A DNA stretch of 64,000 nt, taken from Mobula hypostoma (Eukaryota). Below, piece by piece: positions 26,451 through 39,439 of the stretch (its first letter is position 1; each line of letters starts with the position of its first letter). Location: contig NC_086102.1 of the NCBI RefSeq assembly GCF_963921235.1, positions 122,140,001 to 122,204,000 of the forward strand, given 5' to 3'. Under the pieces are notes generated by a model that saw nothing but the letters and a program-made list of their open reading frames with translations, did not search any database and had not been told where the DNA came from. Both the position numbers and the translations under genes were made by a program.

Positions 26451-26971
26451 TATGTCTATCCACGGCCTCCTCTACTGTAAAGATGAACCCACACTCAGGT
26501 TGGAGGAACAACACCTTATATTCCGTCTGGGTAGCCTCCAACCTGATGGCATGAATATTGACTTCTCTAACTTCCGCTAATGCCCCACCTCCCCCTCGTA
26601 CCCCATCCGTTATTTATATACACACATTCTTTCTCTCTCTCTCTCTCTCCTTTTTCTCCCTCTGTCCCTCTGACTATACCCCTTGCCCATCCTCTGGGTT
26701 TTTCCCCCCTCTCCCTTTTCCTTCTCCCTGGGCCTCCTTTCCCATGATCCTCTCATATCCCTTTTGCCAATCAACTGTCCAGCTCTTGGCTCCATCCCTC
26801 CCCCTCCTGTCTTCTCCTATCATTTTCGATCTCCCCCTCCCCCTCTCAAATCTCTTACTAGCTCTTCCTTCAGTTAGTAGTGACAAAGGGTCTCAGCCCG
26901 AAATGTCGACCGTACCTCTTCCTAGAGATGCTGCCTGACCTGCTGTGTTCACCAGCAACCTTGATGTGTGT
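26451..26971 (+). mobile_element. Penelope-like 3' fragment
   Basis: TSD AGCCTAGATC (26441-26450 / 26972-26981), ORF end and degenerate hammerhead. Confidence 0.85.
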
Positions 26972-28053
26972 AGCCTAGATCGTAGCCAGTATTGTAAGGC
27001 ACTGACACGTCACATTGTTCTCTCCACACTGTGAACACTCAAAGTTTTATGTCCATGACTGAGGTCTTGCATCACAGTCCATTTTCACTCAGTCTGAGCC
27101 TTGGTAAACTATCGCACTGTTTGTGGGCTCCGGTACTGATCCTCCCCTGGGTATGGCAATGCTGGTGGTGTACCTGGAGAAGATTGGACACTGTTTCTCC
27201 TCTAGTCGATCAACACCATCCATGTCCCTGAGCTGGGGTGTGCTGGAGGCTGGCCTGCTCCCAGACTCTTGGAGCTGCGGGGTGATGGTTCCTGTGCTGT
27301 TCTTGGTCTCCTGGAGCTGGGGGGGCCAGCAGCTTCTGTACAACTCCTGGTTTCCTGGAGCTAGTTTTGATTAGGCTGTGCTGCTCCCAGTCTCCTGCAC
27401 CTGGGGGCTTGGCATCTGTGCTGCCCCCAGTCTCCCAGGGTTAGGATTTGGTCAGCAGAATTCCTTCCCCATCCATAATTGTCTGTTGGATCCTTTCCGA
27501 TCCTTTCCACTTTTTTGTCTTCTGTTTCGTGCTTCCTCTGCCTGCACCAATTTCCAATGATTGCTTCATCCTCCAATGATGAGAGGTTGCTAGCACCTGT
27601 TTGCTATCCTGCCCCTTCTTCCCATTCCTTTTATTCTTGGCAGCCCATTGCCCTTTGCATGGTGTCTTCACCACCTGCCATTCCTCTGCTTGTCCCTCTG
27701 CCCCCCTCCCCATGGACTCTTCCTCATCTTGTGGAGCGGCCTGGGGCTTTTTTGGCTGGGGATGGGAGACAAGGTGACCAGCCTTTCGTGAGTCACAGCC
27801 TGAGTTACGGTGTCAGCCGTGGCCTCCAAATTGGCGGTGGGTCTGTCAGTGTTTGCCTAGGTATTATCAGTGCCAACTCCTCCTCTTACTACCTGTGCGT
27901 GGGTGCTGGCATGTTTTAGGCAGGCTTTGTAGAAGTGACCTGCCTCTCCACAGACGTTGCAGCATTTGCTTTCCTCGCAGTTCTCTGTCTTCCTGCTTGC
28001 AACTCTTGCCAACGACCAAAATACACTGAGCCACCACATGTCCAGACTTGTTA

Positions 28054-28291
28054 CAGATATGACACAGCCTGGATTGACCAGCATACACCATGTAACCGCC
28101 GTTCCCTCCAACGGCAGACTGAGAGAGGGTGGCAGATACGACACAGCCTGGATTGACCAGCATACACCATGTAACCACCGTTCCCTCCAACGGCAGACTG
28201 AGAGAGGGTGGCAGATACGACACAGCCTGGATTGACCAGCATACACCATGTAACCGCCGTTCCCTCCAACGGCAGACTGAGAGAGGGTGGC
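28054..28291. repeat. 79-bp tandem triplication in Tx1 ORF1
   Basis: GACACAGCCTGG recurs at 28061, 28140 and 28219; units are nearly identical. Confidence 0.95.
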
Positions 28292-28921
28292 TAATGGAGC
28301 TATTTGAATCCACCCTTAGCTTGACCTTCACCTAGGGCTTGCTTCTCCTGATCCCAAACACACTGTTAATGTTGACACATTTGCCTGCTCCCTCAACGTA
28401 ATAGACAAGAAAGAAGACATCTACAGCGGGCATATGTGAGTTCAATGGGCACTGTAATCACACACTCCTAGGTGGGGATGGTGAAGACAGCCTGCGCCTT
28501 CAGCAGTCATTGAGGCACCTCATTCCCCTTCTCTCGAAAATCCTGCAAGAACTTCTGCCGTCCCACCGCACAGGTGAAGGTTACGTCAAAAAACTGTTAC
28601 CCATGAAGTCCTGCACGCAGTAGATGTCAATCACCTCGAACTTGCAGCACTCGAGCAGGATCTTCCAAATTTAGTAGTCTCCATTGAAGGGGTTTCCCTC
28701 ATCGAGATCCTTCACCGTCACCCTGACAGGGTTTCAGATCCCTGTTCTTCCAGTCAATGTGCTGGTAGATGCAGCCATTCTGACTGGGCTTTGATTGCCG
28801 GAAAGGGGTGTTAGATTGAATTCAAAATCAGCATGAGGATCCACCCCTACATCAGCAGGTTAAGCTCTTATCAGCCCCTTGATCACGATCAGTCTTTTTT
28901 CTATCCTCAGAGATCCACCAC

Positions 28922-28961
28922 GATACTGCACTTGATCTTAGCCAAAAGACCGAGAAGCAGT
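28922..28961 (-). pseudogene. U2 snRNA 5' fragment (nt ~1-40)
   Basis: GCTTCTCGGTCTTTTGGCTAAGATCAAGTGCAGTATC matches vertebrate U2 nt 4-40 at 35/37 positions; the rest of U2 is absent. Confidence 0.9.
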
Positions 28962-31246
28962 TGATATACTCTGCAGTATTAATTTACTTTAAACCACAAA
29001 AAAGCCAGAGAGCAATGGTGCCACAAGGCGAACAGTCAACTCAGTAAATTCAAGGTGACAGTTCACAAACCAACAAGAACACAACACAGGATGTAGAAGA
29101 TTGGGATCATTAGTTTCCAAGTCTCTCAAAGCAACAGTTAGTAAATGCAGGCTTCTGTTGCACTACTGACAATGGTTGCACAGATTTGTAAATCTGTTGG
29201 ATTTTAACATTAATAAAGATAATTAATTAAAATGAAATAAAATTGTTTATTCTTACTCCTAATTTTCCTAAGGTGCTTTGGAAGATAAAGTAACACCCCA
29301 AAGCAGCAATAAGCACAACCACGTTTTAATGGTATTTGGTTGAATTTCTCGACAGAGAAAGGCTTGATGTGTGATGCTAATATTGGCAAATATCATTTGT
29401 AGAAACCAAAAGAAAAGGTTAAATACAATTATTTTCTTGTGGAAATAAAGACTTTTCACTGGATATGCTATAATAGATAGTTCCAATTAACAACATTGTC
29501 GTTTATATAGCCCTTTCCCAAGGCATTTCACAAAACCACTTAAGCAAAACTAACACCAAGTCACACAAAATATCAAAGGCTTGTTCAGAAAGGCAGATTT
29601 GAAGGAGTACATTACAGAGAAATACACCGGCTTAGTGGGGAGAATTACAGAGCTTAGGTCCTTAACAACTTGTTACAGCTCCCAAAGGTACACATATTAA
29701 ATTCAGTAATATAATCATGGGCAAAAAGGTGTGCAGATTTCTCCAAAGTTTAAGCCTGGTGCAGAATATGGAGATACTGGGGTTGGGGAAGGGTTGCAGA
29801 CAAGGCTACGAAAATTTGAAAATAAGAATCAGAATTTTAAAGTTAAAGTGCTCCTTATATTGGAACCAATCTTATCAATATGGGTGAACAGGACTGGAAG
29901 AATGAAGTGAGGGGGCATCCAGGAATGAACTGAAATAGCTGCATTTCAAAGGGGCTCAGTTACAAAGGGTTTTAACTGCAGATAAGTCAAAGCAAGATAG
30001 ATTTGGACATTGCAACAGAAATCGATAGCACAGAAGTAGTACAAACAATCAGAATCAAATATAATATCAAGGTTGCAAAGAGTCAAATATATAGCATTAG
30101 ATAGCTGATAAGATCTAACAAATAAGCTTAAATGTCCTATTTCAAATGAACTTCTACGCTAATCTATTCCAATGTCATTCTTTTCATTTAGTTCCTTTCT
30201 TTAGATAGATGAAGCTGAGTGTCAGCTTCTTCAGCAGTAAGCAAACTACTGAAAGATAAAGAAAATGTAATTATCTAGGCAAGTCCTGCAAGATAACTAA
30301 CAAGAAAAGAGATAGTAACATTTTATATCACAACTAGAACCTTAAACCAAATATTTCAATTAGATGATCAAATGGAATATAAGATTATAAATTGCGTTCT
30401 GCAGCAGGTATGGAATTGCAATGTAAACCTCTGATACAACTACCACAGACTATTTATTTCAATCAAAAACAGCTTAATGATTGGCCTGTGAGAGCAATGT
30501 AAAGGAGAAGCTGGGTGGGAGGGAGTGTGTTAAATTAGTCAGATCATTGCCAGACACCTTCTTCCCTTCACCCACTTTCAAGCTGTCTAGTTTTAGGATG
30601 AGTGTAGAGCCACCACCTGATGACACCAATACTTGCAGCTCAGCAGCCAAGCCAAGGATAATTTTATAATATATTTCCCTTAAATAGTTTGAGGGCCAGA
30701 TGCAGATGGATTGTATCCCTAAGGCCTCCCCACTTAGCCAAACAATGCGTATGTGTCCCACATTGCCAAACAATGCATAGACCTCAGATCATCTACGTTC
30801 TCTGCTTCCAAAACACAGAAGATGCCTGATGGCATTGGTTATCATTTCCAAGTGAATACAGTCTCCGGTCTCACTAAATATGAAGGACCATTCTCAGGCT
30901 GCAACCTCCTGCCACCGAGATTTCAATCCTACCTGCAGTCAGGTACTAAGTATTCTACCAAGTATCTGGCAGGATATTGGGTATTTTATTTATAGGAAGC
31001 TCTGTCATTAATATCATTTGCTGTGGTGTAGCATTCTTTAACCCCTGTTAAAATCAGGGCAAAAGCCTTTTCAAGCACTCCTAATGCTGTCAATGTAATG
31101 AATTCTTCATGAACAACACTTCTTCAGCTTGAAACAGGTAACAACGGAAATATCCACAAACCCATGAACAAACACTACCTTGTCCATCTATTGCGCCATT
31201 TATTTATGTATCTTATAGTAATCTCTGTCTTGGACTGTACTGTGCC

Positions 31247-31568
31247 GTGTTGGGGAAGTCCAGAACGAGGGGCCACAGTTTGAAGATAGAGGGGAAGCCT
31301 TTTAGGACCGAGATTAGGAAAAACTTCTTCACACAGAGAGTGGTGAATCTGTGGAATTCTCTGCCACAGGAAACAGTTGAGGCTAGTTCATTGGCTATAT
31401 TTAAGAGGGAGTTAGATATGGCCCTTGTGGCTACGGGGGTCAGGGGGTATGGAGGGAGGGCTGGGGCGGGGTTCTGAGTTGGATGATCAGCCATGATCAT
31501 AATAAATGGCGGTGCAGGCTCGAAGGGCCGAATGGCCTACTCCTGCACCTATTTTCTATGTTTCTATA
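31247..31568 (+). mobile_element. Short young CR1 3' end
   Basis: LGKSRTRGHSLKIEG..WNSLPQ and a (TTCTATGT) tail; nearly identical to the 3' end of 47525-49476. Confidence 0.9.
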
Positions 31569-31916
31569 CAGTGATAATAAACATGATTCTGATTCAATTG
31601 GTATTCAATTTTTTCTAATGTGTGGTCAAATGAAACTTGATGTCATAATACTTCCAATAATTTCATACAATGGCCTATCAACTCCAATGACATAATACAA
31701 AAACTTGCTATTCATCACCGTCTGATATAATACCCATAAGTGCTAAAACATTAATAAATGAAATGTCTTATAAAGCAGAATAAACAAGAGTTCAATTTTT
31801 AAATACAGGTTTGGGGTATGAAGACAACAGTGATAAACCATTCAACTGCAACTCTCCGGCATCTTCATCACTCTGCAGGTTAAAGACACAAAACATTTGT
31901 GAGAGGAATAACAGCC

Positions 31917-33837
31917 ACACACACAGAATGCTGGAGGAGCTCAGCAGGCCAGGCAGCATCTATGGAAAAGAGTACAGTCAACATTTCAGCCCGAAACCCT
32001 TCTGCAGGACTGGAGAAAAAAAGCTGAGGAGTAGATTTGAAAGGTGGAAGGAGGAGAGAGAGAAGCACCAGGCGAAACTTGGAGGAGGATAGAGGAAACA
32101 AAGAGCTAGAAAGTTGATTGGTGAAAGAGAGAAGGCTATGGAAGAAGAGATGGGGGGACCGGGGGGAGACAGCACCAGAGGGAGACGATGCGTGGGCAAG
32201 GAGATAACATGAGATAGGGACAAGGGGGTGGGAAATGGCGAAGTGGGGGGAGGTGGGAGGATTTACTGGAAGTTTGAGAAATCGATGTTCATGCCATCAG
32301 GTTGGAGGCTACCTAAATGGAATATAAGGTGTTGTTCCTCCAACTTAACTGAAGCCTTACCCTGTCAGTGGAGGAACCCATGGATGGACATATTGGAATA
32401 GGAACAGGAAGTGGAATTAAAATGGATGGCCACTAGGTGATCCTGCTTATTCTGGTAGACAGAGCGTAGTTGCTCGGCGAAGTGGTAGAGGCCTCACCAG
32501 GAGCACCAAACACTGTACATAACCCCAACAGACTCACAGGTGAAGTGCCACCTCACCTGGAAGGACTGGGACCCCCTGAATGGTAGTAAAGGAGGAGGTG
32601 TAGGGGCAGGTGTAGCACTTGTTCCACTTGCAAGGATAAGTGCCAGGCAGGGACGAACGAACAAGGGAGCGATCCCTGCGGAAAGCAGAAAGTGGGGGGG
32701 GGGGGGAGGGAGGGAGAGACATGTTTGGTGATGGGATCCAGTTGGACGTGGTGGAGATCTCGGAGGATTATGTTCTGGATGTGGAGGCTGGTGGGGTGGT
32801 AGGTGGGGACAAGAGCAACCCTATCCCTGGTAGCGTGGCGGGAGGATGGGGTAAGAGCAGACGTGCGTAAAATGGAAGAGATGCAGTTGAAGGCAGCATT
32901 GATGGTGGAGGAAGGGAAGGCTCTTTCTTTGAAAAAGGAGGACATTTCCTTCGTTCTAGAATGAAAAGCCTCATCCTGGGAGCAGATGCAGCAGAGACAG
33001 AGGAATTCAGAGAAGAGGATGGTGTTTTTACAAGTAGCAGGGTGGGATGAGGTATAGTCCAGGTATGCCTGCCTATTTGGTGGCTACGTACAACAGTCCA
33101 TGATCCAAGCCTATACTGGTGACCGTACCACACTTTTCCTACACTACATCAATGACTGCATTGGTGCTGCTTCCTGCACCCGTGCTGAACTCGTCAATTT
33201 CATCCACTTTGCCTCCAACTTCCACCCTGCCCTCAAATTCACCTGGTCCATTTCTGGCCGTTCCCGTTCTCGATCTCCGGAGACAGCTTATCCACCGATG
33301 TCTTTATAAACCAACAGACTCTCACAACTTCTGATATGTCCATCCATGGCCTCCTCCACTGTCAGGATAAGGCCACACTTAGGTTGGAGGAATAACACCT
33401 TATATTCCGTTTGGGTAGCCTCCAACTGGATGGCATGAACATTGATTTCTCAAACTTCCAGTAATGCCTCCCCCCAACCTTTACCATTTCCCATCCCCTT
33501 GCCCCTCGCTCATGTTATCTTCTTGCCCGCCCATCGCCTCTCTCTGGTGCTCCTCCCCCTCCCCTTTTTTCTTTCTTCCACGCCCTTCTATCTCTTTCGC
33601 CAATCAACTTCCTAGTTCTTTGCTTCATCCCTCCCACTCCAAGTTTTGCCTGGCGTTTCTCTCTCCCTTCGTCCTACCTTTCAAATCTACTTCTCAGCTT
33701 TTTTTCTCCAGTCCTGCCGAAGGGTTTGGGCCTGAAACATCGACTGCACCTTTTACTATAGATGCTGCCTGGCCTGCTGAGTATGCGTTTTGTATGCGTT
33801 GCTCAGATTTACAGCATCTACAGATTTTCTCTTGTTT
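31917..33837. mobile_element. Penelope-like insertion with inverted arms
   Basis: Minus arm 31917-~33062 and plus arm ~33066-33837 (RT YINDCIG motif), both ending in hammerhead-bearing 3' ends. TSD GTGAGAGGAATAA(C/G)A(G/T)CC on both sides. Confidence 0.88.
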
Positions 33838-34108
33838 GTGAGAGGAATAAGATCCTGGAACAATAAAGCTTAAGTAATTTAAAACTGATATCAATCAACA
33901 GATATAAAAACCGAGCAATTGCCATTGTCAGTAACTGTAATCTGTTATAAAAGTTGTATTTTAAGTAATGAGGAAGTAATTTTTAAACAACTTTTGCAAT
34001 TTCTGCTTTCCAACTTGAACAAAATAACATTTACACATTACCATTTCAAAACGACATACTCAAGTGGGAAGTTCTACCTGCCCGAGATATTTAGTCATAG
34101 GACAGTGA

Positions 34109-34484
34109 TGTTAGAGTGATTTTTGGGTTTAGGTCATTTACATTTGGCAAATGACTTTGGCCACCAGTCTTCTGTTCCTTGATAATGTATTGTGGACTTA
34201 ATTTGGAACAATGGATTCCTAAAGGTTGTGAATCCCAGTCCAGATGATGCTGGAGTCAGAGGATGGATGCGAATCAGAAGGTGTGAAGTTTGTGTGTAGT
34301 TTCAAAAGAAGGCATTGTATATACTTTGTAAATATGGAATTGGCCTTTGTGCTTAGCACATTAATATCAAGCCCCACATTGGGCCAGCAGACCTTTCCAC
34401 CGAAAGCGTCTCCGTATGATGCCTGCTGTACCTGTTTTGTATCTACCAGTATCTCTCTCTGGCAATATCATTCACACAACAACA
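34109..34484 (+). mobile_element. Older solo LTR, same family as 25830-26381
   Basis: TGTTAGAGTG..ACAACA ends and shared internal blocks (AAATGACTTTGG.CACCAG, GCCCACATT); no clear TSD. Confidence 0.7.
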
Positions 34485-35040
34485 TGGGAAACAAGTCACT
34501 TAGCCCTCCACATCCACAGTGATTTATCTGTATTCATTCCACCATGCAGTACGTGGCCCACACCTTCAATGCCTAGGCAAACCAAGTGGTCGTTATTTGA
34601 CCTCTTAAATGTTGTCACTCTCTCCAAGAATGCACTACAGGTACTCACTACTCTCTGGGTGGAAAAGGTTCTTAGATCCACTCTAAATCTCTTACACCTA
34701 GTTGTCTTCTAGTTTTATTCAACTCTGATAAGGAGGAAAAGATTTCTACAGACTACCCTACCTATGCCCCTCATTATTTTATGTACTTCGGTGAGGTCTC
34801 TCAACCTTTTTCACTCCACAGAAAACAGACCAAGTCTCTCCAGTGCTTCCTCATTACTGAAATGCTCCAAGCTGGCCAATGTCTCGGTAAATCTCCTTTG
34901 CAACTTTTCCAGCCTGATCACATCCTTCCTACAGTGTGGTCACTAGATCTGCATACAGCACTTTACTGAGGTCTGGACAGTGTTTTTACTCATCAAGTAA
35001 GCAACCAAGGCTAGTAGAAAACCAGCAAGAGGATCAACCA

Positions 35041-37670
35041 AAGTTCAAAATAAATTTATTATCAAAGTACCATATACTTCACCATATACAACTCTGAGAT
35101 TCACTTTCTTCTGGGCACACTCAATAAGTCCATAATAGAATAAACGAAAGACCACACCAAACTGAGCATTCAATCAGTGGCAAAAGACAACAAGCTGCAA
35201 ATACAAAAGGAAAGAAATAATTGAAAATAAATAACCAATAAATATCAAGAACTTGAGATGAAGAGTCCTTAAAATTAAGTCGATAGGTTGTGGGAACATT
35301 TCAATGATGGGGCAGGTGAAGTTATCCCATTTGGTTCAAGATCCTTTTGTGTGAGGGGTAATAACTGTTACTAAACCTGGTGGTGAGAGTCGTGAGGCTC
35401 CTGTACTTTCTTCATGATGGCAACTGCAAGGAGAGAGCATGCCCTGGGTGGTGGGGGACCCTGAAGATGGATGCTGCTTTCCCTCAACAATATTTTGTGT
35501 AGATGTGCTCAATGATTGAGCGGGCTTTTCCTGTGATGTTCAAGGGCATTGGTGTTTCCGTACTAGACTGCAATACAGCCAGTCAATATATTCTCCACTA
35601 CACATCTATAGAAGTTTGTCAAAGTTTTAGATGTCATGCCCAATCTTCTAAAACTCTAAAGGAGGTAGATGCGCTGTTGTACTTGTTTAGTAATTACACA
35701 TGTGCTGGGCCCAGAACAGATCCACCAAAAGAGTAACACCGAGGAATTTAAAGTTGCTGACCCTCTCTACCTCTGATCCTCCAATGAGGACTGGCCCATG
35801 GATCTCTGGTTTCCTCCTCCTGAAGTCAATAATCAGCTTCTTGGTCTTGCTGACATTGAGTAAGAGGTTTTTGTTAAGGCACCACTCAGCCAGAATTTCA
35901 ATCTCACTCCTATTTGCTGATTGATAACCTTCTTTGATTCGGCCTACAACAGTGGTCTCATCAGCAAACTTGAATACGGCTTTGGAGCTGTGGATGTAAG
36001 TGCTATTGGACGATAGTCATTCAGGCAGGTTACCACGTTCTTCTCAGGCACTGTATAATTGAAGCATGCGAGTACCAGAGTGCTGAAGTGAGAGGTTAAA
36101 GATCTCAGTGAACACTGCAGCCAGTTGATCAGGGCAGGTTTTTAGTACTTGGTCAGGTACTCCGTTTGGGCCAGATGCTTTTCGTGGATTCGCCTCTTGA
36201 AGGCTACTTGCATGTTGGCCTCAGAGACTGAAGTCACAGAATCATCAGGAGGTGTGGGAGTTTGTGATGGCTCCTCCATATTTTGATGGTCAAAGCGAGC
36301 ATAGAAGGCATTGAGTTCATCTGGAAGCAAAGATCTGATGTCATCTATATTTGTTGATTTAACTTTATAAGAAGTGATAGTATTCAAGTCCTGCCATAAC
36401 TGTCTAAGACCCTTTATTGATTCAAGTTTAGTCTGGAATTGCCATTTTGCCCGTGAGATGGTTTTCCGAAGATTGTACCTGGACTTCTTGGTACTTTCCT
36501 GGTAACCAGACATGAATGTCTCTGATCTGGCCCTCAGCTGATTTCAGTCTGAATGATTTTGAGGGGATACACTTGCCTATAGCTGTTTTAATAAAGTCCA
36601 TGACAACCATGGTGTATTCATTCAGATCCACAGATGATTTCTTGAACATGGGCCAGCTTCCCAACTCAAAACCGCTCCTCTGCCTCCCGTGACCACCTCT
36701 TTGATGTCCTAATCTCTGGAGCTTTGCTCTTTAGCCTCTGCCTGTAGGAGGGTAGGAGAACAGCCAAGTGATCAGATTTACCGAAATGCAGTCAGGGTAT
36801 AGAATGGTAAGCATTTCTTATCTTAGTATTACAGTGGTCTACTGTGTTGGGACCTCTGGTGCTACAGGTTATATGCCGATGGTAATTGGACAGGGTTTTC
36901 TTCAGACAAGCCTGGTTGAAGTCCCTGACTATGATTCGAAATGCATCAGGAAAGACTGTTTCTTGGAGACAGCGTCATGCAGTATCTCAAGCGCTTGATT
37001 ATAATCAGCTACTGGTGGTATGTAAACTGCAGTCAGGGTTATGCAGAACTCCCTAGGTAAATACAACGGACAGCACTTAACCATTAGGTGTTCAAGGTCG
37101 GGGGAACACGAGTTCAACAAAACCTCCACATTGGAGTACCACCAAGTTACCATGGAACACACACCTCCACCTTTTACCTTTTCCAAATCAGCAGTTCAGT
37201 CCATTCTGTAGATCAAGAAGCCATTGGATCTGATCACTGTATCCGATGTGTTGAGAGAAAGCCACATCTTGCTCAGTCATAGAACACAACAATCTCTCAT
37301 TTCCCGCCGAAACAGCAATGTTGCCCTCAGGTCCTCAATTCTGTTCTCGAGTGACTGCACATTTGCTAACAAGATAATGAGTAGAGGAGACCTCATTGCT
37401 CTGCATTTCGGCCTGGCTTGGAGTTTCCCCCACCCCCACCTCACTTCCAGCCACCGCGATGAACATTCATCTGCTTAAAGGTACCATACCTGCTTTGTCT
37501 GTCAAGTCCTTCAGAAGATTGTGAAATCCGTAGTTCATTAAGTTGATTTAAAAGTACTTTGCTTAAAGGAAAATTACATGCTGCAGATTGCAGTGAGAGT
37601 AATTCAAAAGAGGTATATTTAGAAGTATTGTACGTAGCCCACAAAACAACACCATGGTTCTCTCGCGCCA
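35041..37670 (-). mobile_element. Decayed Rex1/Babar-type LINE
   Basis: APE motifs (GGGVC, PLYLPREF, AVYIPP), YNLRKTISRAK..LPDELNAFYARFD, RT remnants and a TTTGAACTT tail. Confidence 0.8.
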
Positions 37671-38670
37671 CCTTGAGAAGAGTCCAATGTTGCCACTATG
37701 GTCTTAATGACATTTTAATGGGTAAAAACAGGGGATGGGAAGGATGTAGTAGGTAACAGACCATGAAGTATGACAGAGCTTTGCTCCCCTGCCTGCCTCA
37801 AGCCCACTCCCAACCGCTGCTATATACATGTGCTGGGAGGAAAGCAGGTCAGAGCAGAAAGGTGACATTGACAAATGTACTGCTACCTAATGGGAGCACT
37901 CCACTGTGTACAGACTGTCTGCTTGGGTGGTGTGCTTTTGACCTGCCCTGTGCTCTTCTGATTTGCAACAACTAGGACCAATGTTTCAGTCAAAAATCTT
38001 GCTGCACAAAATTAAAACAAGGAAGACTGAAAACACCCAGTACGTCAGACTGCATCTGTGGAAAGAGGATCAGCACAGCTCCAACAAGGCAACACTCAAG
38101 ACAAAAATGAACAATAGAGTTTAACATGGAAAAGTGTTATGTCAGCACTTTAATTAGTACTTCATCCACTCCCCTAAGCAGTCTCCCACCCCATTATCTG
38201 TGCGCCATGGCTACAGTGTGAACCATTTTCAAAGCACCTCTTAAATCCATAATATATACCACCAAGTAGCAGATCGTGGGAACTCCAGTACCAACGTGTC
38301 ACAAACCAACCTGACTTGGATTTATACTGCCACTCCATCATCAATGGGTCTAGTAACAGCTCGCCTGGAAAAAAATATTGCTATTGATCAAGATTTCCTT
38401 TATCTACAGTATTTGGTACAGTCACCTGCTTAGGCTCACATGTTAAACGCCTTGAGACTTTTCTTTGATTTACTAGCTGCTAAAAGAAGAGTTCAATTAA
38501 AAGGACAGTTAAAGAGATTGTCAATAAAGTGAAATGCTGGAAGGTTAGCCAAAATACAAATAAATTATCCAGCAAGTCTATGAGCTGTGCTATCAGAACA
38601 TACAACATTATAGCACAGTGCAGACCATTTGGCCCACAATGTCACTCTGACCTTCTAACATCCTCTAAGA

Positions 38671-38749
38671 CAGGGGTTCCATACCTATTTTATGCCATGG
38701 ACCCCAACCATTAACCAAGGGGTCCATGGACCCAGGTAGGGAACTCCTA
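38671..38749. mobile_element. 79-bp hAT-type mini-MITE within a CR1 fragment
   Basis: CAGGGGTTCC..GGGAACTCCTA termini, internal palindrome and degenerate TSD CTCTAAGA/CTCTACAG. Confidence 0.65.
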
Positions 38750-39439
38750 CTCTACAGTCAACCTAAGTCTTCTCTCCTCCATAGCCTATTTTCCCTATGA
38801 GTTGCTTAAAGCCCCTAATGCATCTGCTTCTCCAACCTTATCTTGCAGGGCACTTCACGCATCCACCATCTCCACATAAAAGACTTAACTCGGATATCCA
38901 CCGATACTCTCATGTATTAGCCATTGCGAAAAAGCCTCTGGCTAGTCACTGATCTATACCTCTTATCAACTTGTACACCTCTATCAAATTACCTCTCATC
39001 CTCTTTCGCTCAAGGGAAAACCCTTGGCACACTCAATCTATCCTCGTAAGACATGCTCTCTAATCCACGCAGCATTTTGGTAAGTCTGCTCTGCACCCTT
39101 TCTAAAGCTTCTATGTCCTTCCTGTAATGAGGCAACAAGAAATTAATATCCCAAGAGTGCCACCTGCAGGACAAAAACCTGAAAGGATTCAGAATCTACA
39201 GAATCTCTGGAACAATCCACTTTGTCCTTTGCGGGCTTCAAGGCAGACATCATCATCCTGGTTTCCAAGAGGGTGACAGCAACCTCCCCTCAACAACCAC
39301 CAGCCAGTGACACTGAGCTCAACAATAATGACCTCTGCACTCCACTCCGTCCTGTCCTACCTGGAAAATGGTGCCTCATAAGCCAGGATGCTGTGTATCA
39401 ATTTCAGCTCAGCATTTAAGATGGACATCCCTCAGAATC

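Larger units (their letters stand above)
21900..28961 (-). mobile_element. Decayed Tx1-clade (Keno-like) non-LTR retrotransposon with nested insertions
   Basis: ORF1 from ATG 28778 with CCHC knuckles (CHICNKSGHVVAQC, CNVCGEAGHFYKAC). ORF2 from ~27056 with APE remnants and RT motifs (WRPILLLNEDNKI, LNQEKAFDRVSH). U2 sequence at the 5' end. Confidence 0.85.

Noticed and set aside
28054-28291. Regular repeats as a CRISPR array
   Set aside because: Head-to-tail units with no unique spacers, in eukaryotic TE context.
27857-28778. ZCCHC3-like host gene
   Set aside because: It is the disrupted ORF1 of the Tx1 element, followed by APE/RT remnants.
28922-29030. Functional U2 snRNA gene
   Set aside because: Only ~40 nt present, a substitution in the branch-point pairing region, no Sm site and no convincing PSE.
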